From contig JACCYJ010000093.1 in NCBI GenBank assembly GCA_013696555.1, positions 1 through 54,818 on the forward strand: 54,818 nt of DNA, in the 5' to 3' direction. The number at the start of each line of letters is the position of its first letter. Positions within the stretch are counted from its first letter, which is position 1. This DNA comes from Nocardioidaceae bacterium (GTDB taxonomy: Bacteria > Actinomycetota > Actinomycetes > Propionibacteriales > Nocardioidaceae). The position numbers were made by a program, and so were the translations under genes. A model generated the notes under the pieces. That model made no database searches and had not been told where the DNA came from. It saw only the letters and a program-made list of their open reading frames with translations. Positions 17,761 to 25,573 of the stretch are shown piece by piece.

Positions 17761-18522
17761 ATGAGGCGCGAAGATGCCCGTCAGCGAGCTGAGGTCATGG
17801 CGGAGCGCTGGCGCTCCGGTGACACGTTGGCGGCGATCGGAGATGACTTCGGACTCTCCCGCCAGCGGGTGCAGCAGATCCTCCATCACCATGGTCTGGC
17901 CACCGCTGAGGATGCCGCGCAGGCGCGGCGCAAGGCACGAGACCGCGTCGACGACGACGACCGGCAGCAAATGCGCGCCTGGTTGACGAAGAACCCCGGT
18001 GCCAGCCGCAGTCAGCTGGCAGCCGCGGTCCACCTGCCGTCGGCTCGAGTAGGGGCCCTGCTTGAGGACGACATGCGTCGCCTTCTCGTCACCAACCACA
18101 CCCAGGCCTCGCGGTGGAGCGACGACGAGGTCCTCGACGGCTTGCGCCGAGCCGCCGCAGAGTCCGGGCAACCGCTCACCGGAGAGGCCTACCGTCGCTG
18201 GATGGCGGAGCACGGCGGCCCCACCAGTGGTCGGATCGGGCAGCGGTGGGGGACGTGGCGTAAAGCCTGCCTCGCCGCTGGCCTGGACGTGGGTCCGGTC
18301 AAGCGGACCTATAACCGACGCTGGTCGAAGGGACTCATGATCTCCCTCGTCGCGGACTACCTCGCGGAGACCAAGGGTGCCGGCACGCACTCTGGGTTCG
18401 AGGAGTGGGCGCGACACCGCAGGGACTCCCCAAGTCCAACAACGCTGCGCAACACCTTCGGGGCATGGACCGAGGCACGACGAGCCGGTCTGCGGCTACT
18501 GGCGCAGCGTTCAGCGCACTGA
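17761..18522 (+). CDS. HTH protein with two homing-endonuclease-associated repeats and no nuclease domain
   Basis: N-terminal sigma-70 region-4-like HTH (DTLAAIGDDFGLSRQRVQQIL). Two about 55-aa repeats of the form W..DE/..L..AA...G..L....Y..W.......PS..T+...FG.W..A...AGL (WSDDEVLDGL..QRWGTWRKACLAAGL and WSKGLMISLV..NTFGAWTEARRAGL). Confidence 0.6.
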   Translation: MRREDARQRAEVMAERWRSGDTLAAIGDDFGLSRQRVQQILHHHGLATAEDAAQARRKARDRVDDDDRQQMRAWLTKNPGASRSQLAAAVHLPSARVGALLEDDMRRLLVTNHTQASRWSDDEVLDGLRRAAAESGQPLTGEAYRRWMAEHGGPTSGRIGQRWGTWRKACLAAGLDVGPVKRTYNRRWSKGLMISLVADYLAETKGAGTHSGFEEWARHRRDSPSPTTLRNTFGAWTEARRAGLRLLAQRSAH

Positions 18523-18585
18523 TCGCACGAGTGCCGAAACCTCGGGTACTTGCTGGATTGGCTGCCGCTCTGTCATCTGGTCAGT

Positions 18586-19668
18586 GTGGACCAGACTGAT
18601 CCCGTGCCGCCGTCATGGGTTCTGCACGTAGACCTCGACCAGTTCGTCGCGGCCGTGGAGGTGCTGCGCCGACCGGAGCTGGCACGGCTACCGGTTGTCG
18701 TGGGCGGTCGCGGGGACCCCAGCGAGCGAGGCGTCGTGTCGACCGCATCGTACGAAGCGCGAGCCTTCGGAGTCGGCTCGGGGATGCCGCTGCGGATGGC
18801 GGCCCGCAAGTGCCCGGACGCGGTTTTCGTGCCGGTCGATGCACCCGCGTACGAGGCGGCGTCCTTGGCCGTGATGGCGGTCCTTCGGACGCTGACTCCC
18901 GTGGTGGAGGTGCTCGGCTGGGACGAGGCGTTCCTCGCCGTGGAGACCGCGGACCCGGAAGCCTTCGGGCGCGATGTCCAAGCGCAGATCCTGGCGCGGT
19001 GCCAGCTGCACAGCTCCGTGGGCGTGGGTGACAACCGGCTTCGAGCGAAGATCGCGACCGGTTACGCCAAGCCGGCGGGGATATTCCGGCTTACCGAGGA
19101 CAACTGGTTCGAGGTGATGGCGGACCGGGCGCCGGACGCCTTGTGGGGGATCGGGCGCAAGACCGCGAAGCGGCTGGCGGCTCACGGCTTGCACACTGTC
19201 CGGCAGCTCGCCGACGCCGACCCGACCTGGCTGGCCGAGCAGCTAGGCCCGGTTATGGGTCCGTGGTACCGGCGGCTGGCCCGTGGTGTCGACCGCACTC
19301 TGGTCACGTCGGACCCCTACATCGCTCGGTCTCACGGCCGCGAGACCACCTTCCAGGCGGACATCACGGCGCGCTCCGAGGTCGAGGAGCACGTCCGTCG
19401 GCTCGCCCGCCGGGTCGCCCACGATGTGCACGGCGACGGACGGCCGGTGATTCGGGTGTGGTTGAAGGTGCGGTACGCACCGTTTCAGACGCACACCTAC
19501 AGCGTCGCGCTGAAGCCGCCGACCGACGAGGCGAGCGTCATCGAGCGGGCAGCCGTTGGCTTGCTGACCAAGGTCGACGCGGCACGGGCGGTCCGGCTGC
19601 TCGGCGTCCGGGCCGAGCTGGCTGCGCCGGGGCCGGACTCGGAGGACCGTGTCCAGGTGTCGTCCTGA
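18586..19668 (+). CDS. dinB: DNA polymerase IV (Y-family)
   Basis: LHVDLDQFVAAVEV (catalytic Asp motif), SYEARAFGV, GIGRKTAKRL (HhH). Start is uncertain: in-frame GTG at 18586 or 18604, and the tracked ORF begins at 18550. Confidence 0.88.
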   Translation: MDQTDPVPPSWVLHVDLDQFVAAVEVLRRPELARLPVVVGGRGDPSERGVVSTASYEARAFGVGSGMPLRMAARKCPDAVFVPVDAPAYEAASLAVMAVLRTLTPVVEVLGWDEAFLAVETADPEAFGRDVQAQILARCQLHSSVGVGDNRLRAKIATGYAKPAGIFRLTEDNWFEVMADRAPDALWGIGRKTAKRLAAHGLHTVRQLADADPTWLAEQLGPVMGPWYRRLARGVDRTLVTSDPYIARSHGRETTFQADITARSEVEEHVRRLARRVAHDVHGDGRPVIRVWLKVRYAPFQTHTYSVALKPPTDEASVIERAAVGLLTKVDAARAVRLLGVRAELAAPGPDSEDRVQVSS

Positions 19669-19706
19669 GCTCGGCGGACCGTCGTCCTCGTCGAGGGTTC
19701 GCCGCC

Positions 19707-20255
19707 CTAGCGGATCAGGTCTGCCGGGCGGATCCTGACCGGGTACGGCTGCGCGACGGTATGACTCTCGTCATCGACGACATGAGCGACTTCGACGTAC
19801 GCGTCGTCGATGAGCTGCCAGGCGGTGAACGAGGGCTCCTTCGGGTCGACGACCCAGTACGACGCGCAGCCGGCTGCTTCGAATCGTGAGTGCTTGAGGG
19901 TCAGGTCGATGCGGCGAGTGCTGGGGGAGAGAACCTCCACGGCGAGCACCGGCGCTGTCGGCAGGTCGCGGTCGGTCACGTCGCGCCGACGGGCGACCAG
20001 CAGGTCCGGCTGCATGACCGTGTCGTCAGCCAGCGCCACGTCGAACGGCGCCAGCAGGACCTCGAGCTCCGGCGGGCATGCCTGCCGGAGCAAGAGATGC
20101 AGCTCTCCGACCGCTCGTTGGTGGTAGTGGCCCGGTGCCGGGGTCACGATCAGCGACCCGTCGATGAGCTCGTAGCGGTGCCCGTCATCGGGCATCGATT
20201 CCAGATCGGCACGGGTCAGCGGCCGGCTGCGCGGCAGGGTCGTCACAATCCCCAT
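19707..20255 (-). CDS. Uma2-family (PD-(D/E)xK) endonuclease
   Basis: MPDDGHRYELIDG, QPDLLV and LAVEVLSPST motifs typical of Uma2/DUF820. ATG at 20255 is preceded by GGAGGAGG. The tracked ORF start at 20351 is an extension. Confidence 0.8.
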   Translation of the reverse strand: MGIVTTLPRSRPLTRADLESMPDDGHRYELIDGSLIVTPAPGHYHQRAVGELHLLLRQACPPELEVLLAPFDVALADDTVMQPDLLVARRRDVTDRDLPTAPVLAVEVLSPSTRRIDLTLKHSRFEAAGCASYWVVDPKEPSFTAWQLIDDAYVEVAHVVDDESHTVAQPYPVRIRPADLIR

Positions 20256-20368
20256 GGTGCCTCCTCCCATCATTCGCGACCAGCGGTACGCGTTGTCGTC
20301 GATCCACGATCGGAGTGTTGTCGACGGACCCGACTCTCGGTGCCCGTCCACAAGTCACACTGGGAGAC

Positions 20369-21361
20369 ATGTCCGACGACTTCGTGGTCGCCCGCAACCC
20401 GGAGCCGGAGTCGACGCTGCCGTACCTGCTGCGGCTGCCGCTCGGGAGCGATGGTGTGGTGCTGAAGGCGCGCGAGACGTGGCCTCGCACCACCAAGGTC
20501 TACTGCCACCGAGCGACCGGTTGGCCGGCCGAGGCGGAGGTGATCGAGCGGGTGCCGGTGCGGTCGTGCGTGCGACGCGGTGCAGCCATCGACCTGGTGC
20601 TCGACCGAGGGCGGGAGAATCGCTCGCAGTTCGTGATCACGCGCATCCGCGGCGGCCGGGAAGCGGTCTTCTGGCAAACCGCCCGCACAACAAGGCAGGC
20701 CCGGCCCAACGTCGGTCTGCCGACGAGCCGAGCCGCGGGGCTCGCGGGCCTGCGGATCCTCGTCGACAGCCACGAGCGCTACCCCTACACGTTCAGCCAT
20801 CAGCAGGTGACGACGCAGCGGCGGGCGCTGCCTGCTGGTGACTACGGCGTGGAGGTCGACGAGCGTCTGGTCGCGGTTGTCGAGCGCAAGAGCCTCGCTG
20901 ACCTTGTGAGCACCCTGACCATGGGTCGGCTGAAGTTCGCCCTTGCGGAGCTGGCGTCCCAGCCGCGCGCCGCTGTCGTCGTCGAGGACCGCTACTCGGC
21001 CGTGTTCAAGCTGGAGCGGGTACGCCCAGCGATCGTCGCCGAGGGGTTGGCCGAGTGCCAGGTGCACTGGCCGAACGTCCCCATCGTGTTTTGCGAGACC
21101 CGTGCACTCGCGCAGGAGTGGACGTACCGCTTCCTCGGGGTCGCGGCTGCATCCGCGGCCGAGGAACGGTTGGCTGAGCAGGTGGTCATGACGTTCCCCA
21201 CCGGTGTCCGGCTGCCGCCACCTGAGCCGACGACCGCCGAGGTGCGTCGCTGGGCAATGGACCACGGGTTCCCGGTCTCCGATCGCGGCAAGCTAAAGCC
21301 GGAGGTGTGGGCGGCGTACAACACCCACACCTCCGCGGATCTCAGTGGCGCGGACGGCTGA
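20369..21361 (+). CDS. ERCC4-domain nuclease with an unknown N-terminal domain and a C-terminal Lsr2-like DNA-binding domain
   Basis: ERCC4 signature GDYGVEV..VAVVERKSLADL (GDxn-ERKxxxD). C-terminal TAEVRRWAMDHGFPVSDRGKLKPEVWAAYN aligns with the Lsr2 C-terminal domain ([29 protein letters not shown]). ATG at 20369 follows GGGAGA. Confidence 0.75.
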   Translation: MSDDFVVARNPEPESTLPYLLRLPLGSDGVVLKARETWPRTTKVYCHRATGWPAEAEVIERVPVRSCVRRGAAIDLVLDRGRENRSQFVITRIRGGREAVFWQTARTTRQARPNVGLPTSRAAGLAGLRILVDSHERYPYTFSHQQVTTQRRALPAGDYGVEVDERLVAVVERKSLADLVSTLTMGRLKFALAELASQPRAAVVVEDRYSAVFKLERVRPAIVAEGLAECQVHWPNVPIVFCETRALAQEWTYRFLGVAAASAAEERLAEQVVMTFPTGVRLPPPEPTTAEVRRWAMDHGFPVSDRGKLKPEVWAAYNTHTSADLSGADG

Positions 21362-22139
21362 CCTTGACCAGTTCCTCACGGGCACCATCGGGTGACACCC
21401 CGACCGCGAGGACCAGCCCGACCCCCTTGGCGTAGAACTTGTGCTCCAGCACCCACGGTGTCAGCGGAGTGCTGTCACCGGTGGCCAGCACGTCGCGATA
21501 GCGACCGGCGCGGACCTTGACGTCTTCCTTGGTCGAAAGGATCTGACCGGCGTCCTCGGCCTCACCCTCGTAGTACTCCTGGCGGTAGCTGCACCCGGGT
21601 TTCGGGTTGGCCGGGATCAGGATGCCGGCCTGGGCCCCGTCGACCCCGTACTCCCAGGAGCCCTCGCGGCTGACGACCTCGCCGTTCTCGTACTCCTTGG
21701 TGTTCTCGCCCAGATACCAGATGCTGCCCCCGCGGTCTTGCGCGTACCAGTCGAAGGTGTTCTCGACCAGATCGCCGTGCTCTCGGACCACGTCATGAAC
21801 CACGCGTGCCTTGATGCCGCGCACCATCCGGGTGCGATCCGTCACCCTGATCGTGACCCGCTGGGTGCTCTTGCCGTCGGTCTCGCGGTACGTCCACTTG
21901 CTGCCGGGCCTCATCGGCCAGTACGGGTTGGTGATCCGGGGGGTGAAGTCGGCCGGGTCCAGGTCGATGCGTGAGGCGCCGTGGGGCAGCTCGTACGGGC
22001 CGGGGAGCCGGCATCGGTTGTGCTCCGGTGCTGCGCCGCCGCCCTGGGCAGCCCCCGTGGTGAGCCAGGACATGCCGGCCATCGAAGCCACTCCTGCCGC
22101 AGCCAACAAGGAAAGTGTCTTGCGCGGTGAAGGGCTCAT
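21342..22139 (-). CDS. Secreted conserved hypothetical protein
   Basis: MSPSPRKTLSLLAAAGVASMAGMSW.. is signal-peptide-like, followed by a non-repetitive Trp/Tyr/Glu-rich globular sequence. It is the only protein-like part of the 788-aa tracked ORF. Confidence 0.6.
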   Translation of the reverse strand: MSPSPRKTLSLLAAAGVASMAGMSWLTTGAAQGGGAAPEHNRCRLPGPYELPHGASRIDLDPADFTPRITNPYWPMRPGSKWTYRETDGKSTQRVTIRVTDRTRMVRGIKARVVHDVVREHGDLVENTFDWYAQDRGGSIWYLGENTKEYENGEVVSREGSWEYGVDGAQAGILIPANPKPGCSYRQEYYEGEAEDAGQILSTKEDVKVRAGRYRDVLATGDSTPLTPWVLEHKFYAKGVGLVLAVGVSPDGAREELVKVSRPRH

Positions 22140-22283
22140 GTCCCGCTCCAGTTCGTCGTGTGTGGTTTCGTCGGGTGGTGCTCGCCGGTGAAGCGAACGT
22201 CCAAGCTCGAGCATCACAACCGACCGCTGAAGCCCCGCTGAGTGCGAGCCAGTACGGCGTGACGTGCCTGAGATGCTGCGTCC

Positions 22284-23543
22284 ATGAGCGCCGTCACCGC
22301 CGTTGCCCTCGAGACCCCGGCCGATGCCGAGCGCCGCCGCGGGCTGCGCCAGATGCGAGCCGTCGCACTCGGGCTGCTCGTGCTCGCCGCGGTCGTGTAC
22401 GCCGCCACCGACGACCGCACCGGTGCGTGGGCGTATGTCCACGCCGCGGCAGAGGCGTCCATGGTCGGTGCGATCGCGGACTGGTTCGCGGTGACGGCGC
22501 TGTTTCGCCACCCGCTCGGGTTGCCGATCCCGCACACCGCCCTGGTGCCGACGCGGAAGAACCTGCTGGCACGCAGCCTGCGGGACTTCTTCGACGAAAA
22601 CTTCCTCACCGAGTCGATCGTGCGTGACCGTGTCGCCGCTGCTCAGGTGAGTCGACGGCTCGGGGGATGGCTGGTCGACGGCGAACACAGCAAGCGCGTC
22701 GTCGACGAATCGACGCGGATGCTGGGGCGGCTGCTGGCCGGCGTCCGCGACGACGACGTGACCGCCTTCGTCAACGATGAGATGTTGCCGCGACTGGCCG
22801 ACGAGCCGCTGAGTGAGGTGACCGGGCGGCTGTTGCAAGAGGTGGTCGCCGAGCAAGCGCACGTCGGCCTGGTCGACCTCACGCTGGTCGAGGCCCACCG
22901 CTGGCTCACCGCCAACGCCGAGACGGTACGCACCATCCTGCGCCAGCGGGCACCGTGGTGGAGCCCGGAATGGGTGGACGGGCTGGTCACGCAGCGCATC
23001 CACGTCGAGCTGGTCAACTGGGTCGCTGAGATCCGCGACGATGCCAGACACCCGGCCCGGCTCGCACTCGACCAGCTGTTGCGAGACCTCGCCCGCGACC
23101 TGCAGAACGACTCCAACACGATGGCGCGCGCCGAGCGCCTCAAGCGTCGCCTCCTCGGCACGCCGCAGGTGGCGACGACCGTGACGTCGCTGTGGCAGGC
23201 AGCTCGCCGGGCACTGGTCGTCGCGCTGGATGATCCGACGAGCGCGGTACGCCAGCGAGGGGTCAACGCCTTGGCGGCCTTCGGTCAACGACTGCTCGCC
23301 GACGAGGCTTTGCGGGTACGCCTCGACGGGTACGCCGCGGATGCGGCCGCGTACATCGTGGGCACGTACGGAACCGAGATGACCACGGTCATCACTGAGA
23401 CCATCGAACGCTGGGACGGCAACGAGGCGGCGCGGCGGATCGAGCTGCACGTGGGCCGGGACCTTCAGTTCATCCGCATCAACGGCACCTTGGTCGGTGG
23501 TGCGGCCGGGCTCGTGATCTACGCGTTGGCAAAGTTGGTCTGA
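22284..23543 (+). CDS. DUF445-family membrane protein
   Basis: Hallmark IADWFAVTALFRHPLGLPIPHTALVPTRK, and a C-terminal INGTLVGGAAGLVIYAL TM segment. Confidence 0.8.
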   Translation: MSAVTAVALETPADAERRRGLRQMRAVALGLLVLAAVVYAATDDRTGAWAYVHAAAEASMVGAIADWFAVTALFRHPLGLPIPHTALVPTRKNLLARSLRDFFDENFLTESIVRDRVAAAQVSRRLGGWLVDGEHSKRVVDESTRMLGRLLAGVRDDDVTAFVNDEMLPRLADEPLSEVTGRLLQEVVAEQAHVGLVDLTLVEAHRWLTANAETVRTILRQRAPWWSPEWVDGLVTQRIHVELVNWVAEIRDDARHPARLALDQLLRDLARDLQNDSNTMARAERLKRRLLGTPQVATTVTSLWQAARRALVVALDDPTSAVRQRGVNALAAFGQRLLADEALRVRLDGYAADAAAYIVGTYGTEMTTVITETIERWDGNEAARRIELHVGRDLQFIRINGTLVGGAAGLVIYALAKLV

Positions 23544-23680
23544 GCCGATACGACTCCGGCGACGTCGCCGGCCGTCGAGGGTCAACGGCTCGAGGAGGCA
23601 CCGGCGAACTTGCTCGGGCGGTTTGCGCCGGCATCGAACGCTTCCTGGCTGCGCGACACCGACTCGACACCAGCGTTGCG

Positions 23681-23743
23681 TCGAGTGGCGCCTTGCGGCT
23701 CGACTCATCGGCGTGTCGGCAACCGCTTCGCGCCAAACGACGG
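23681..23743 (+). repeat. 63-nt dispersed repeat, copy 2
   Basis: tcgagtGGCGCCTTGCGGCTCGACTCATCGGCGTGTCGGCAACCGCTTCGCGCCAAACGACGg. Intergenic, downstream of the DUF445 gene. Confidence 0.85.
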
Positions 23744-23847
23744 ATAGCGGCCCCGGCGCTGGTGGTGAAGCGGTCGGCCAACCGGCTGAGTCCGGTATCA
23801 GCCGTTCGGACGAATTGCCCCGTCAGGCTGGCTTCTCAGCGTAATCG

Positions 23848-25410
23848 GTGCGCAACATGGAGTCACAACTCGTCGGGCAGACGTTCCCCCGTAACCGATG
23901 CAGAAGGGCGGTAATGCCGGTGTCGAGGCACAGGCGAAGCGGTCAACATCGCCTCGACAAGCACCGCCCACAAGGTGGGAATCACCGCATTGTGTCCCAC
24001 CGCTCGCACTCCCACGCCCGCGGCGTCACCACCGTTGCGGGCGTGGTGATTCTCATCTGCACCGCTGCTGGTGCGGCGTCGCTCGGGGTGCTCGAGCCCA
24101 ATGTCGATCTGAGCAGCGCAGCGCTCAACTCCGCTCGCAACCTCAAAGAGGTCGGCTCCGCTGCGGATTGGCGGACGAGCCTGCAACGCCCCGCCCCTAT
24201 CAGTGGCTCGACCGACACACTGGCGCCACGCAAGGGTTCGACGGCTGCCGATCGGTCCCGAAACAGTGATGCGGCGTCTGGGGTGGCGGCGCCCACAACG
24301 GTCAGTAACCTGCCGGTGCCCGCGTTGCGCGCGTACCGGAGCGCCGCGTCGGGCATTGCCCGCACCTACCCCTCGTGTCAACTGAGCTGGCATGTGCTGG
24401 CGGGGATCGGGCTGGCCGAGTCCGACCACGGTCGTGTCGGCGGTGCCGTCATGGAGTCCGACGGTCGCTCGGTGCCACGCGTCCTCGGGCCGGTGCTCAA
24501 CGGGCGCGGAAACGTCGCCGCCGTCGTCGACACCGACGACGGGGTCCTCGATGACGACGTGATCTGGGACCGCGCCGTCGGTCCTATGCAGTTCATTCCG
24601 CAGACCTGGGCGACGGTGGCCGCCGACGGTGACGGCGACGGTGTCCGCGATCCCGATGACGTCGACGACGCCGCGCTCGCCGCTGCCCAGTACCTTTGCC
24701 GCTACGGGCTCGACCTCACCGACGAGGATTCCCTCTCCGCCGCCTTGCACAGCTACAACGACTCACGCAAGTACGTGCTGGCCGTGCTCGCGTACGCCGA
24801 TGCCTACCGCCGCGGCGTGTACCCGACACTGCTCGCGGAGCCGCAGGCTCAGGTCAACCCCGCCCCGGGCCGCAAGGTGACATCCCAGCCACGAGGCGAC
24901 CGGCACCCCGGTGGGCCGGGCGTACGCCGGGACCCAGGACAGGGGTCGGGTAACGGCGGCGGATCCGACCCGGCGCCGCAACGCCCGAAGCCGCCGCAGC
25001 CGCCCAAGCCCGATCCGCCACAGCCCACGCCCGACCCACCGGCGCCTGCGCCCACACCCGAGCCGACTCCCGATCCGCCGAAGCCGAACCCGGTCACGAA
25101 GACCGTGGTGGTCACCGGGACGCTCAGTTGGTGCGGGGACGGCTGGTGTGTCGACGAAACGTACGCCGGACTTGTCGGCGGGTTGCTCGGCGTTGCCGAC
25201 CACGATGGGGATTGCCGCCTGGAGTCGACGTGGTCGGAGCTGAACGGGCTGGCGATGTCGGGCACGCCCGTCCGGGTGACGTTGCGGCAGACCCTGGTGG
25301 CCGGTCAGGTCACCGCCACCAAGGCGACGGCGTTCGAGATCCCCGACCCACCGGTGTGCGACGAGGCCGGACCCGTCCCGATCCCGTCCCCGACCATCTC
25401 GACCCCGTGA
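23848..25410 (+). CDS. Secreted lytic transglycosylase-domain protein with a Pro-rich linker
   Basis: AGIGLAESDHG and GPMQFIPQTWA..DGDGDG..DPDDVDDAALAAAQYLC (SLT/MltB-like). N-terminal TM/signal VAGVVILICTAAGAASLG. PKPPQPPKPDPPQPTPDPP low-complexity linker. Start is uncertain (23848 or ATG 23914). Confidence 0.75.
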   Translation: MRNMESQLVGQTFPRNRCRRAVMPVSRHRRSGQHRLDKHRPQGGNHRIVSHRSHSHARGVTTVAGVVILICTAAGAASLGVLEPNVDLSSAALNSARNLKEVGSAADWRTSLQRPAPISGSTDTLAPRKGSTAADRSRNSDAASGVAAPTTVSNLPVPALRAYRSAASGIARTYPSCQLSWHVLAGIGLAESDHGRVGGAVMESDGRSVPRVLGPVLNGRGNVAAVVDTDDGVLDDDVIWDRAVGPMQFIPQTWATVAADGDGDGVRDPDDVDDAALAAAQYLCRYGLDLTDEDSLSAALHSYNDSRKYVLAVLAYADAYRRGVYPTLLAEPQAQVNPAPGRKVTSQPRGDRHPGGPGVRRDPGQGSGNGGGSDPAPQRPKPPQPPKPDPPQPTPDPPAPAPTPEPTPDPPKPNPVTKTVVVTGTLSWCGDGWCVDETYAGLVGGLLGVADHDGDCRLESTWSELNGLAMSGTPVRVTLRQTLVAGQVTATKATAFEIPDPPVCDEAGPVPIPSPTISTP

Positions 25411-25464
25411 TGTGACGCTCGTCGCTTCCGGACCCGCCTCCATCGGCCCGCTTCCAATGGCTAA

Positions 25465-25527
25465 GGGTCACTTCCAATGGGTTCGAACCCATTGGAAGTG
25501 ACCCTTTCCCACGTGAACGTGGGAAAG
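25465..25527. terminator. Two adjacent strong hairpins between convergent genes (likely bidirectional terminator)
   Basis: 40-nt perfect palindrome GGGTCACTTCCAATGGGT-TCGA-ACCCATTGGAAGTGACCC (25465..25504), immediately followed by CTTTCCCACGT-GA-ACGTGGGAAAG (25504..25527). Confidence 0.7.
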
Positions 25528-25573
25528 GGACGCCCGATCACGGTGCTCCCGATCCGCCGGATGCCCACCGCGG

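Noticed and set aside
19673-19703. Hairpin GGCGGACC/GGTTCGCC between convergent dinB and Uma2 genes as a terminator
   Set aside because: It has only an 8-bp stem with a G-U pair and a 15-nt loop, with no U-tract. That is too weak to call.
20256-20368. SOS (LexA) box or RecA-independent DNA-damage promoter motif in the Uma2/ERCC4 divergent region and upstream of dinB
   Set aside because: A TTGTCGAC segment is present, but it lacks the correctly spaced TAnnnT -10. No TCGAAC-N4-GTTCGA-type box was found by eye.
21342-23708. 788-aa ORF on the minus strand, the third longest in that region
   Set aside because: Only its last 266 codons (21342..22139) look like a real secreted protein. The rest is Arg/Gly/Pro-rich antisense shadow of the clearly recognisable DUF445 gene on the plus strand (22284..23543), which is typical of high-GC genomes.
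23744-23914. Possible c-di-AMP (ydaO-type) riboswitch upstream of the lytic transglycosylase, as often seen before actinobacterial cell-wall hydrolase genes
   Set aside because: I could not find the conserved ydaO core segments or its pseudo-twofold helices by eye; only vague GTAATC-like fragments appear. A covariance-model scan (Rfam RF00379) would be needed, and without it the call is unsupported.
25470-25500. GGTTCGAACCC, resembling a tRNA T-arm/T-loop
   Set aside because: It is simply the centre of a 40-nt perfect palindrome. No acceptor stem, D-arm or anticodon arm can be drawn around it.
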